Positions 49,325-60,200 of a DNA stretch of 64,000 bases are shown here, one piece after another. Below the pieces are notes generated by a model. It saw nothing but the letters and a program-made list of their open reading frames with translations. It made no database searches and was not told the origin of the DNA. The translations under genes and the position numbers were made by a program. Within the stretch, counting starts at the first letter, position 1, and each line of letters starts with the position of its first letter. The DNA lies in the NCBI GenBank assembly GCA_965224085.1, contig CBDCYI010000009.1, positions 1 to 64,000 of the forward strand. Direction: 5' to 3'. The stretch is from Candidatus Marinacidobacterales bacterium (GTDB lineage Bacteria; Acidobacteriota; Vicinamibacteria; Marinacidobacterales; SMYC01).

Positions 49325-52243
49325 ATGAGGCATTGGGCTAGTTCAAAGACGTTTGTGTCCGTGGTCGTGTCATGCATCCTGCTGAGCCTTGCAGCGGTCC
49401 CCGCCTTCTCCCAGGAGATGGTGGGATCGATCGTGGGAAAGGTCTCGGACGAGCAGGGGCTGGTGTTGCCCGGCGTTGTCATCGCCGTCTCTTCGCCGAA
49501 CTTGATCGGCGGCAGTCAAACGGTGACCACCGTCAATGATGGTACCTATCGGGTGCGGAACCTGCCGCCCGGCACGTACGCCGTGTTGGCAGAACTGGCC
49601 GGCTTCACGTCCATCAACCGTGAGGGGATCATCCTCGAGGCGGCCAAAACACTCGGAGTGGATTTCCAAATGTCGATCAGCAGTGTCGAGGAGACCATCA
49701 CCGTCACCGGGGAATCGCCTCTGGTCGAGATCCGGAGCTCCCGTGTCGGCGTCACGATGGATGAGGACCTGCTCGTGAACATTCCCACCGGACGCGAATT
49801 CGAGGACATTTTGAGTTTTCAGCCTGGCATCGTGGAGAGTCCCTATTCCTTTGCGCCGGTAAACTCGGTTCACGGCGGTCATGTGCGGGCCAACTACTAC
49901 AGCATGGACGGCTTCCAGATGATCGATACGACCGTGGGATACTTTATTGGGGATATCTCGTACGATTCGTTGCAGGAAGTTCAGATCACGACCGGCGGGA
50001 TTTCTGCCGAGTTCGGCCAGGCGAGTGGAGGAGTCTTCAACTTCATCACCAAGTCGGGCGGGAACGACCTTAGCGGAGGCGTTCGATATTACTTGAACGA
50101 CGAATCCTTGAACAGGAATAATATTTCGGACGAACTCAAGGCCCAAGGGTTCACGGAGGGCACGTCCATTACCAGCCAGCACAACTGGGGCGGCGAGATG
50201 GGCGGGCCTATCTCACAAGACAAGGTGTGGTTCTACGCCGACTATGCCCGGACGGACAGAACGGAGCGGGCTCCAGCGCTGGTTGGAATCATCGATCCGT
50301 CGTTCAACATCAATAAATACATGGGCAAGGTTACCTGGCAGGTTAACGCGAACAACACCTTCGTCGGAACCGTTCAGGGGCGCCACGACGACTGGGTTCC
50401 GGCCAACGCGAATCAGCAAGTCACCGAGGACCCGGGCTCCTATATCTTCAACACCCGCAACCAGGATAACTATCTCTTCAAGTGGACGTCGACGCTGGGC
50501 CAGAATTCGATCTTGGACATCCGCTACAGTGAGAACCTCGGCGGTGGCTCCGATAGGGAAAGTTTCGACAATGCCGATGCGATCCCCGGCTTTCAAGATC
50601 GAGGAACGGGGAAGAACTTCGGTTGGTTCCGGCAAGACCGGTGGAACAAGAACCGCGATGCCAAAGTGTTCAAAGTGGATTTGACTTACTTCAACGATGA
50701 CCTTGCGGGGGGGAAGCACGATATCAAAATCGGCTATGAAAACGGGCGGGACCCTTTTCAATCCATTTTGCACACTCCGGGCTCGCTCGAACAGCATCTG
50801 CTCTTCGGCGTGCCGGATGCAGTCAGACTCATCGTTGAACCGAGAAGAGGGGCCAGGAGAAAAACGCGCAACAGTTTTTACATCAACGATCAATGGACGA
50901 TGTCGGACGTAACGCTCAATCTGGGCATCCGGTTCGATAGCACCGAAGCTTGGACACCGGAGTACACGGAAGGGGGTGGCCTCCAGGCTTCAGACAAAGC
51001 CATCCGAGATGACAGCTTCAGCATCGAGTGGTTCCCGGCGGTTACGTTTCCGGAGACGCGGGACATCTGGAATATGAATACCTGGGCGCCACGGGCCGGC
51101 GTCGTGTGGGACGTCGGTGGCGATCACACGCTGGTCGTGAAAGCGAGCTATGGTCGTTGGTATGACCGGGTCACGAGTGTGCCCGCCGGGGGTGCAGGGA
51201 ATGCTACGTACGATTGGAATGACTTGAACGGAGACGGCCTGTTTTTGACCCCAGACCGCACTGAACAGCCCGGCGAGCGAGGGGACCTTCGCTCAAGCAG
51301 CGTAATTAGTAGTGGATCCTTTGATGTGAGGCTGTTCGGAGACCCCAATCTGAGCAACCCCTGGACCGATACCTATAACTTTGGGGTCGAATGGGAGCCG
51401 CGTCAAGGCTACGCGCTGCAAGTGACCGGGATCATCAAGCGAGAGACGAACCTCATTGGCCGACGTCACCTAGCCAGGCCTCCATCGGCCTATAACCCCG
51501 TCCAGGCGGTCAACCCTCTCGACGGCTCGCCGATTACGATCTTCGCCCTGGACCCGGCCTTCCGAACGGCGAGCTCTATCAGGCAATCAACGAATATCGA
51601 ATTTGTGGACTTGAAGCGAAGCTACGACGGTGTCGAAATCGTCGCGAAGAAGCGGTTCGATGGACGTTCCCAGTTTCAACTCTCGGCCAACATTGGAAAT
51701 GCAGAAGGCAATCAGGGAACCAGTTTCGGGCAGAGCTTCGGCGGGGTCACCTATAGCAATCCGAATAACCTCACCAACTTTTTCGGGGGAACAAACCTGG
51801 ACGCGGACCTGATATTAAAGTTGGCCGGCACCTATGTGGCACCGTGGGACATCAGCATAAGCGCCTTCTACCAGTACATTTCCGGGTTTCCGCTGGACAC
51901 GTTCGAGACGAGCCAGGGCTTCCAGCCGGGTTCGCGGACCGGTCGCTTTCTTAGGTCGGATTTTCCGGGACAAATCGTGGTCGAGCGCTTCATCGACGTT
52001 CCCCTGGAGCCACGGGGCACCCTTCACCAGGACGCTCAGCACAATTTGTCATTTCGGGTGGAAAAGTCGTTCATTTTCGAAGAAACGGGAAAGCTCGGGC
52101 TCATCTTCGACGTCCTCAACGCGACCAATTCAGGCACGATAACGCACACGCAGAGTTTGCGCCTGGACTCTCCCACTTTCCTGCTGCCTGAGGTGACCGT
52201 GTTGCCCTTTACAGCGCGGCTCGGGATTCGCTACAGCTTCTAA
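49325..52243 (+). CDS. TonB-dependent receptor (Oar-like, with carboxypeptidase-regulatory N-domain)
   Basis: G.I.G.V.D..G..LPGV, LPPGTY, ETITVTGE, SAEFG..SGGV.N.ITKSG, C-terminal RYSF. Confidence 0.92.
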   Translation: MRHWASSKTFVSVVVSCILLSLAAVPAFSQEMVGSIVGKVSDEQGLVLPGVVIAVSSPNLIGGSQTVTTVNDGTYRVRNLPPGTYAVLAELAGFTSINREGIILEAAKTLGVDFQMSISSVEETITVTGESPLVEIRSSRVGVTMDEDLLVNIPTGREFEDILSFQPGIVESPYSFAPVNSVHGGHVRANYYSMDGFQMIDTTVGYFIGDISYDSLQEVQITTGGISAEFGQASGGVFNFITKSGGNDLSGGVRYYLNDESLNRNNISDELKAQGFTEGTSITSQHNWGGEMGGPISQDKVWFYADYARTDRTERAPALVGIIDPSFNINKYMGKVTWQVNANNTFVGTVQGRHDDWVPANANQQVTEDPGSYIFNTRNQDNYLFKWTSTLGQNSILDIRYSENLGGGSDRESFDNADAIPGFQDRGTGKNFGWFRQDRWNKNRDAKVFKVDLTYFNDDLAGGKHDIKIGYENGRDPFQSILHTPGSLEQHLLFGVPDAVRLIVEPRRGARRKTRNSFYINDQWTMSDVTLNLGIRFDSTEAWTPEYTEGGGLQASDKAIRDDSFSIEWFPAVTFPETRDIWNMNTWAPRAGVVWDVGGDHTLVVKASYGRWYDRVTSVPAGGAGNATYDWNDLNGDGLFLTPDRTEQPGERGDLRSSSVISSGSFDVRLFGDPNLSNPWTDTYNFGVEWEPRQGYALQVTGIIKRETNLIGRRHLARPPSAYNPVQAVNPLDGSPITIFALDPAFRTASSIRQSTNIEFVDLKRSYDGVEIVAKKRFDGRSQFQLSANIGNAEGNQGTSFGQSFGGVTYSNPNNLTNFFGGTNLDADLILKLAGTYVAPWDISISAFYQYISGFPLDTFETSQGFQPGSRTGRFLRSDFPGQIVVERFIDVPLEPRGTLHQDAQHNLSFRVEKSFIFEETGKLGLIFDVLNATNSGTITHTQSLRLDSPTFLLPEVTVLPFTARLGIRYSF

Positions 52244-52257
52244 GTCGTTCATAGAGT

Positions 52258-52300
52258 AGCGCGCTGATGCAGGCACCGCGTCAGCGCGCTCTTTTTCTTT
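52258..52300 (+). terminator. Intrinsic terminator/attenuator
   Basis: AGCGCGCTGATGC-loop-GCGTCAGCGCGCT followed by CTTTTTCTTT. Confidence 0.8.
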
Positions 52301-52370
52301 CTCAGGCTCATCCATCCCGCTAACGAGTACTCCCCATAACGCCTGTGGGCGTGGGTGTCGAGGAGGGGTC

Positions 52371-53972
52371 GTGAAAACTTCAAGAATGAGGAAAAGATTC
52401 GCCATTAGCTTCACCTTTCTGTCCGGTCTCGTTATTCTCGGCAGCATCGGCGTCCAGGCGCTGCAGGCGCCCGCTCCCTCGGTTTTCGATCAGGTATCGG
52501 TCGAGCAACTCGTCCAGGGGCCGCAGGGGCCTCCCTACGTGCCGCAGGGACCGATTGCGATTGTAGGGGGTTTGCTCATCGATGCCACCGACGCCCCGCC
52601 GCGGCACGATCAAACGGTTCTGATCGACGGCGAGCGGATCGTCGAGGTAGGACCGATGGAGGACGTACGCATCCCGAGCGAAGCACGCGTCATCGACGCT
52701 CGGGAGATGACGATCATGCCTGGGCTCATCGATTCGAACCAGCATTTCGTCTTGAACCCGCTGTTCTCGACGCCGGATGTGAGTTTTTCATACGAGGACT
52801 TCAAGGCGCGCTGGGAGCACAACTGGGCGCAGATGGAGTACGTTGCCTTCGTGTACTTGATGCAGGGCGTCACCGGGTTTCGGCAAACTCCCGGTCCGGC
52901 GGATCGGCAGCTGGAGGTCATTCGGAGAATTGACAAGGGCGAGATTCCGGGTCCCAGGATATATCTGGGTGGATCGTTGTGGATGAGCAAAGCGCACTGG
53001 GACCGTCATCTGAAGCAGAACAGTCAAATGGATCCTAAGGCGATTGAGTTCATCAAGCATCAGTTCGAATATAACGTGATAGAGGATATGAACAATCTGG
53101 ATCCGAATGGTTGGGGGCAGGAAGGCCCGGACTTCAACTTCTGGAAGCTCTACATGTGGCGTGAGCCCTTTGACGGGGAGAATGATTTCACCGACGAAGA
53201 GTTGAGGCAGATCATCGAGCGCGGGCACGAGCTCGGGAAGATCATCGACGTTCACGCCGGCGGCCATAACAACGGCCTCAGACGGATGCTTGCATTCGAC
53301 GTGGATACCCTGGAGCACCCCTTTTACGGAAATGAGCTGATTGACTGGGACATCATCGAGGGCTACGTAAAAAAAGGGGTCATCATCGACACCTTGCTCG
53401 AAGTGATGATCCAAAAGATCGAGCTGGCGGCGGACCCTCATCGGTTTGACGAGACGCTGTACTCGATGTCGCTTTACGGGCACGGCACGCGTCCCGCACC
53501 CTTCGAGCATCGTCTCCTGATGCAGTATCGCGACAAGCTGCTCTACAACAAGCGCCATCCCGACAAGCCGGGACTGACGGTTTACCCGCCAGATTCGACC
53601 GAGACTGGGCGTTCGTACAATGACCAGATGAAAGCCATGGAAACCTCCAAAGAAAACATGCGCCGTTTTATCAAGGCCGGTGCCAAGTTTTGGATGGGAA
53701 CCGATACCGGCGCGTTCATGACCATGCGACAAGAAGATCCCTACGCGCGGGAGATGGCTTATATGGTGGAGATGGGGATGACGCCGGTGCAAGCGATCCA
53801 GGCGGCGACCCGCAACGGGGCGGAAGGCCTTGGCCTGCTGGACGAGCTCGGCACGATCGAGGAGGGCAAACTGGCCGACGTGATCGTGGTGGCTGGAAAT
53901 CCGTTGCAGGATATGAAGGGTGCCATGAAGCGCGTCTATGCAGTCATCAAAGGCGGCGTCCGCTACAAATAG
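52371..53972 (+). CDS. Secreted amidohydrolase-family protein, paralog 1
   Basis: PGLIDSNQH, FWKL, DVHA, LEHP, GTD, GKLADVIVV. Confidence 0.9.
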   Translation: MKTSRMRKRFAISFTFLSGLVILGSIGVQALQAPAPSVFDQVSVEQLVQGPQGPPYVPQGPIAIVGGLLIDATDAPPRHDQTVLIDGERIVEVGPMEDVRIPSEARVIDAREMTIMPGLIDSNQHFVLNPLFSTPDVSFSYEDFKARWEHNWAQMEYVAFVYLMQGVTGFRQTPGPADRQLEVIRRIDKGEIPGPRIYLGGSLWMSKAHWDRHLKQNSQMDPKAIEFIKHQFEYNVIEDMNNLDPNGWGQEGPDFNFWKLYMWREPFDGENDFTDEELRQIIERGHELGKIIDVHAGGHNNGLRRMLAFDVDTLEHPFYGNELIDWDIIEGYVKKGVIIDTLLEVMIQKIELAADPHRFDETLYSMSLYGHGTRPAPFEHRLLMQYRDKLLYNKRHPDKPGLTVYPPDSTETGRSYNDQMKAMETSKENMRRFIKAGAKFWMGTDTGAFMTMRQEDPYAREMAYMVEMGMTPVQAIQAATRNGAEGLGLLDELGTIEEGKLADVIVVAGNPLQDMKGAMKRVYAVIKGGVRYK

Positions 53973-54018
53973 ACTCTCGCTTACAAGATAGCAAATTCTG
54001 TCTGGCGAGGTTCGATCG

Positions 54019-55608
54019 ATGAAAATGAACAAGAGCAGTTTCACCGCGGGTTTCGCTGCACTCGGTGGCTTGGCCATGATCGTCGGTTTGGCTGTGACCA
54101 GAGTGGGGGCGCTTCAGGCGCCCGCCCCTTCGGTTCTCGATCGGGTTTCTGTCGAGCAGCTGACTCAGGGGCCGCAGGGGCCTCCCTACGTGCCGCAGGG
54201 ACCGATTGCAATTGTAGGCGGTCTGCTCATCGACGCCACCGGCGCTCAGCCGCGGCACGACCAGACGGTTCTGATCGACGGCGAGCGGATCGTCGAGGTG
54301 GGACCGATGGAAGAAGTGCCTATCCCGAGGGGAGCGCGCGTCATCGACGCCCGGGGGATGACGATCATGCCGGGGCTCAGCGATTCCAATCAACATGTGG
54401 TGCTGAACCCGTTGCTCTCAACGCCGGACGTGAGCCTATCATATGAGGATTTCAAGGCGCGGTGGGAGCGCAACTGGGCCCAGATGGAGCGGAATGCGTT
54501 CACCTACTTGATGCAAGGGATAACAAACTTCCGGCAGACTCCGGGCCCGGCGGACTTGGAGCTTGCGCTGAAGCGACGGATCGAGAAGGGGGAGATACCG
54601 GGGCCGCGCGTATTTCTGGGTGGCTCGTTGTGGATGAGCAAGGCGCACTGGGAGCGTCACCTGAAGATGAACAATCAAACCGATCCTAAGGCGATCGAGT
54701 TCATCAAGCATCAGTTCGAGTACAACGTGATCGAGGATTTGAACGATCTCGACCCGAACGGCTGGGGACAGGAAGGCCCGGACTTCAACTTTTGGAAGCT
54801 TTACATGTGGGGCGAGCCCTATGACGGGAAGAACGATTTTACCGACGAGGAGCTCGAGTACATTATCAAGCGCGGGCACGAGCTCGGGAAGATCATCGAC
54901 GTCCACGCCGGCGGAGGTGGCAATGCTGGCTTGAGGAGGATGCTGGCCTTCGACGTCGACACGCTGGAACATCCTTTTGAGCGCTATGAAATCGTTGACT
55001 GGGACATCATCGAAGGGTACGTCAAGAAGGGAGTTATCATCGATACCTTGTTGGAGGTCAAGGTCCAAAAGGTCGAGTTAGCGGCGGATCCCCACCGGTT
55101 CGACGAGACGCTCTACACGATGTCGCTCCATCCTTCCGAGCATCGCATCTTGATGCGGTACCGGGACAAGATGCTGTTCAATCAACGACATCCCGACCAA
55201 CCCGCTTTGAGGCCCTACCCCGCGGCATCGACGCGCCAGACGGACCGCTCCTACAACGAGCAGATGAAAGTGATCGAGACGGCGAAGGAGAACATGCGCC
55301 GGTTCATCAAAGCGGGCGCGAAGTTCTGGATGGGGACGGATACCGGCGCTTTCATGACCCTGCGTCAGGAAGATTCCTACGCCCGGGAGATGGCACATAT
55401 GGTGGAGATGGGGATGACGCCCATGCAGGCTATCCAGGCGGCGACCCGCAACGGAGCGGAAGGTCTGGGCATGCTGGACCAACTGGGCACGATCGAGGAG
55501 GGCAAACTGGCGGACGTGATCGTGGTGGCCGGCAACCCCCTCGAGGATATGGAAGGCGCCATGAAGCGGGTCTATGCCGTCATCATGGGAGGCGTCCGCT
55601 ACAAATAG
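54019..55608 (+). CDS. Secreted amidohydrolase-family protein, paralog 2
   Basis: Highly similar to paralog 1; PGLSDSNQH. Confidence 0.9.
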   Translation: MKMNKSSFTAGFAALGGLAMIVGLAVTRVGALQAPAPSVLDRVSVEQLTQGPQGPPYVPQGPIAIVGGLLIDATGAQPRHDQTVLIDGERIVEVGPMEEVPIPRGARVIDARGMTIMPGLSDSNQHVVLNPLLSTPDVSLSYEDFKARWERNWAQMERNAFTYLMQGITNFRQTPGPADLELALKRRIEKGEIPGPRVFLGGSLWMSKAHWERHLKMNNQTDPKAIEFIKHQFEYNVIEDLNDLDPNGWGQEGPDFNFWKLYMWGEPYDGKNDFTDEELEYIIKRGHELGKIIDVHAGGGGNAGLRRMLAFDVDTLEHPFERYEIVDWDIIEGYVKKGVIIDTLLEVKVQKVELAADPHRFDETLYTMSLHPSEHRILMRYRDKMLFNQRHPDQPALRPYPAASTRQTDRSYNEQMKVIETAKENMRRFIKAGAKFWMGTDTGAFMTLRQEDSYAREMAHMVEMGMTPMQAIQAATRNGAEGLGMLDQLGTIEEGKLADVIVVAGNPLEDMEGAMKRVYAVIMGGVRYK

Positions 55609-55795
55609 GGTCTTGATTCGAGCTCGGCAGGAATCCTTTTAATAGAAGCTTCGAACAGTCCCTCGGCGCGGGCCAACTCCACGAACTCTCCGACTTCAAA
55701 AAACGACCCCGACCCCACCCATCTGGTGAGTCCGGTCGGATTCAACTAAAATGGGACGCTGCCACGAAGTCATGGCTCGCCGAATTGCGTAACGG

Positions 55796-57217
55796 ATGAG
55801 GAAAAAGGCGTTACGAGTCGATAAATCGGGCAAACCCTCAATGCCTCTCTCCGGATCCAAAAAGACCGTTTTTTCTCTAGTCGCAGCGGTTCTGATATTG
55901 GCCTCTCTCGAGGGCGCGGCTCGCCTGCTGCTTCTAGCCATTGGACCACCGAAGCGAAACACCGCTCGATTCGTCTCCGGGGCGGTGTGGGCACACGAAC
56001 GTAACCCAATCCACATGGTGGACCGAGAGCTCTTTTGGAAACTGGTTCCAGGCCACTCGAGTGGACAGGTCGTTATCAATCAGGAAGGCTTCCGATCTAA
56101 AGAGCGTACCCGCCCAAAGCCCGACGGTACGCTCCGAATCGTTGTTCTCGGGGACTCTGTTACTTTCGGCTTCAACGTTGCCGAAAAGGAAACGTACGCT
56201 TATAAGTTGGCCCAATACCTCAGTGACCGATCCTTTCAGCGTCCCGGGTGGAGGTACAGGAGAACGGAAGTGATAAATGCTGGAGTGCCCGGCTATAGTT
56301 CCTGGCAGGGCAGGAAGCTCTATGAGATGGTCGTGCGCGGCTATGAGCCCGATCTGGTTATTGCCATGTTCGGCTACAATGACCACCATTCAGCCTTGGA
56401 GAGCGATCGAGAGAAGTACCAGAGACGAGACGTTGAGTCGTTCGTCCATACGTTCCGCAGCACAGGAATCTACCGGATGATTGACAGGTTTCGCGGGGAG
56501 CCCGTTGATCCGCTGCTTCGCGAAGAGCCTGTCCCCCGGGTGGGTCTGGACGAGTTCAAGGAGAACGTTCTTGATCTACAAAGTATGGTCCAAGCTGACT
56601 CTGCGGATTGCGTCTTTATGACCGTTCCCATCAGGCCCGATATTCCACTCGTGGAGAATTTTGTAGGGGTCGATTACGAGCTTGACGGGGCGACAAGAAA
56701 AGCATGGCTTCGACAAATAGACTTTGCTTCACGGATTCTGGGAGCTCAATGGTCTGAGCGCCTCACCAATCACTTCTTTCACTCCGCCGATGTGGACGAT
56801 CTCACTTTCGAAAGCGCGCCCGATGTGTGCCCGAAGGTTGTCGAGGCCTCACGCAGGTTTCCCGATCTTTCTGTCTTTCAATACCTGCTGGCAAGCTGCT
56901 TTCGGGCAGGCGGCGACGAGGATGAAGCTCAAAGGGCTCTTCTGGAGTACCGCCGCTTGGACAGAGAAAGACTGGAAATGGAAGCCTACAACGCTCTGTT
57001 GCGACGGATGGCTCAGGAGTCTCTGATCGATCTCGTTGACTTGGCGGCACTCTACGAAGCTCAGGAAGAGGGAGGGCGCCTCTTCCTCGACGTGGTCCAC
57101 CCCTCGGCAAAAGGTCACGCCCTGATCGTAGAGTCAATAGCCCAGCACCTCTTTAGCGGTGCGGAGCGCGATGACCGTGTTGAGGATGCTACGCCAGATC
57201 CGACGAGCCCACGCTGA
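55796..57217 (+). CDS. SGNH/GDSL hydrolase with TM anchor and TPR-like insert
   Basis: LGDSVTFG, NAGVPGYSS, GYND, DVVHP. Confidence 0.88.
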   Translation: MRKKALRVDKSGKPSMPLSGSKKTVFSLVAAVLILASLEGAARLLLLAIGPPKRNTARFVSGAVWAHERNPIHMVDRELFWKLVPGHSSGQVVINQEGFRSKERTRPKPDGTLRIVVLGDSVTFGFNVAEKETYAYKLAQYLSDRSFQRPGWRYRRTEVINAGVPGYSSWQGRKLYEMVVRGYEPDLVIAMFGYNDHHSALESDREKYQRRDVESFVHTFRSTGIYRMIDRFRGEPVDPLLREEPVPRVGLDEFKENVLDLQSMVQADSADCVFMTVPIRPDIPLVENFVGVDYELDGATRKAWLRQIDFASRILGAQWSERLTNHFFHSADVDDLTFESAPDVCPKVVEASRRFPDLSVFQYLLASCFRAGGDEDEAQRALLEYRRLDRERLEMEAYNALLRRMAQESLIDLVDLAALYEAQEEGGRLFLDVVHPSAKGHALIVESIAQHLFSGAERDDRVEDATPDPTSPR

Positions 57218-57239
57218 TGGCGCGACCACATAGTTCGGT

Positions 57240-60200
57240 TTGGGGGCCGCCCACCCGGTGAAGAAATCATCGAAGAACAGAAAAAAGAAGGCCGCGGTGG
57301 ATGGTCTTCCGCATGATTCGAATGATACGAAGTTTGGAAAGAAAAAGTCTGACCACGAAGTGCAACTTTTGAGAGGAACGTTCCGATCTCTGCGCGCGCA
57401 TCCGGGGACCCTGCTCGTGTTGCCCCTGGTGGTGTTGTTACTTGGTACTCAGTGGTCGTGGCAAGGGCCCGCCCTGCCCGCGCGCGCCTTCATGTACAGA
57501 GGAGGCTTGGAGCTCGGAGATGCGGCTTTTCTCGAGCTCCGTCTGGACAAACCGATCCGTGAATTCACACTCGAAGCCCAGATCGACAACGATCTTGTCT
57601 TGGCAATCTCTGCGTCGTCCGACGGGCAAAGCTTCCAACATCTTTGGACCGTTCCTGCCGGCCCGGAAGGGCAGCGGGGGCCGAGAGCGTGGAAGAGCCC
57701 CGTTTTGAAGGTTGATTCCGCGATCGGGTTTATCCGGCTGACCCAACTCGAAGGGGACGGTCGCTACCGTGTATCCGAGCTGCTGCTGAGACTGCCCCCA
57801 CGGGTCTTGGCCCACTGGCTCTTGATACCGATCGTGTGGGCCCTGTGGAGCGGCCTGCTGCTCGCCGCGCGCTCCTCGCGGTTGAGCGCCAGGGCCAGCG
57901 CAACACTTGGCTGGTGGAGACGGGCCGATCTGTGGCTCGCTGGCTTGCTCATTTATGTGGTGCTTTTCCAGGTGCCGTTCGTGATATTGCCGGCCCTCAT
58001 CTTCGTGGCGTGGATCGTGGGGATACGCCATGCCTTGAGCCGCGCGCGACCAGTCCTCGCGACACTCCTGGTATTGGTCGGCCTCTCGACGCTCTATGTC
58101 TTGCCCAAGGTGATTCACAAGATCGTGCAGGCCAAGGTTGCCGAGGCCCAGTACGCCGCGGCGGATCATCGCCTGGCTCCCGATCCTGAGAAGCAGGTCA
58201 ATGAAGACGGGATCCGCTTTGCCGGAACAGCCGATGATCTAAAGGAGGAGGACTTCGTCATCCTGTTCCTGGGAGACGCCTACACTTATGGTCTTGCCAT
58301 GCGCTATGACCAGGCGTATCCCTACGTCTTCGAAAGAATGGTCAATAACGACGCGGGAAGCCGAGTCGTTCGCGCGGTCAATTTTGGCTGGAGCAGCTCC
58401 TCACCGTTGCTGAGCTTGCGACTTTTGCAGGATATCGGGAAGAAATACAAACCCGATCTGGTGGTCTACAACCTGGACATGAACGATTTCCACGACGACC
58501 TCGTTTACGACCAGAAGCTCAGCGAGATCGACATGGCGGACGTCGCCGAGGGCGTTGAACGCTTCTACGGCAATTATCTGCCGTGGCTGCGGCTTGGCAG
58601 CGACCATGTGGAGAGGATGCAGAGGTTGCTCGGATTCGAACGCGATGCACAGGTCTCGATACCCGAGGATCGGTTCTTCGTCACCAACCAGCCACTGGAA
58701 GCGTCCCGTTCCAACATGGAACGGGGCTCCATGAAGAACTTGCTGGCGATGCACAACTACAGCGCGGACGTCCTGAAAGCGCCCATGGTGCTGGTGGTCT
58801 ATCCTCGCCACTACCAGTACTCCATTCGGGAGTCCCCCGACAATTGGGAGAAAGATGCGTACCGAGTGCAGGGGCCCTACGTCAAAGAGCCCTTTCGATA
58901 TCTCGAAGAGGTTCGAGACGAGCTCCCCTATCGCGTGATCGACTTGCTGCCGGTTTTCGAGTCCAGCGATCATTTCCCGCTCTATCTGCAAAACGATCCC
59001 CACTGGAGCGCTGCAGGACACCGCATCGCTGCGCAGGCGGTCGCGAGAGGTCTTGCCGCATATGGTCTGCTGCCTCTCAACGAAAGACTCCAGGGCGCGA
59101 TCGAAGGCGTCACGGACGCTCCAGCTGCGGGCGACCTGGTCTCTTTGCATCGCGAGGAGCACTTGGCAGCGGGTGATGCGCGATCGCCTGAAGAGACAGC
59201 TCGGGGCATGCAGTTGCCCGAGGGCTTCGACGTGACGGTCTTTGCCGGGGAGCCGGACGTCGTCCAGCCCATTGCGATGGCGATCGACGGCCGTGGCCGA
59301 CTGTGGGTCGTGGAGAACTACTCCTATCCCAATTGGAGCGAGACCGGAAGCGATCGCATCCTGATTTTTGAGGACCGGGACGGAGACGGCACGTTCGACG
59401 AGCGCCAGGTGTTTTGGGACAGAGGCGGCTTTGTTTCGGCCATCCAGATCGGCTTTGGCGGTGTCTTCGTCGGCAGTGCGCCCTACCTTCTCTTCATCCC
59501 CGACGCGAACCGTGACGATATCCCCGATGGACCTCCGCGAATACTCCTGGACGGTTTCGGCTACCAGGACACCCACGAGATGATGAACAGCCTGGTCTGG
59601 GGGCCGGACGGGTGGCTCTATGGGCTCCAGGGCGTGTTCGTCCAGTCCCTTGTCGGCTCGCCGGGAACACCTGCACACGAGCGAGTACGCATGAATGCGG
59701 GGGTCTGGCGCTATCATCCGACCCGTCGTGAATTCGAACTCTTCGCCGAGGGCGGCGGCAACCTGTGGGGTGTAGACTTCAACGACCGCGGCCAGTGCCT
59801 CGTCACCGCCAACGTCGTACCGCATCTCTATCACATGAGCCTCGGCGGAAGATACGAGCGCCAAGCGGGAGCGCACTTCAACGCCCACACCTACAAGGAC
59901 ATCTACGCGATCGCGGATCACCTCCATTCCAAGGCGGCCTACGCCGGGGCCATGATCTATCTCGCCGACCATTTCCCGGAGCGGTATCGCAACAAGCTCT
60001 TCCTGAACAATATCCACTCGAACCGGATCCACACCGACGAACTCGTGCGCCGTGGCTCGACCTACATCGGAAAGCTGGGCCCGCACGGTCGAGAGGACGG
60101 CAATTCTTCCGGCGGGGAAGACGTGCCTACTGGAGTTAGGCCCGAGTTCTGGAGAGGGGAATACGGCAACGGCGGCTTCATGGTGAGCGAAGACCTATGG

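Noticed and set aside
52788-54077. Long antisense ORFs (also 58401-60086, 45138-45965, 41087-42007, 14356-15321)
   Set aside because: They overlap well-supported genes on the opposite strand, as expected in high-GC DNA, and show no motifs
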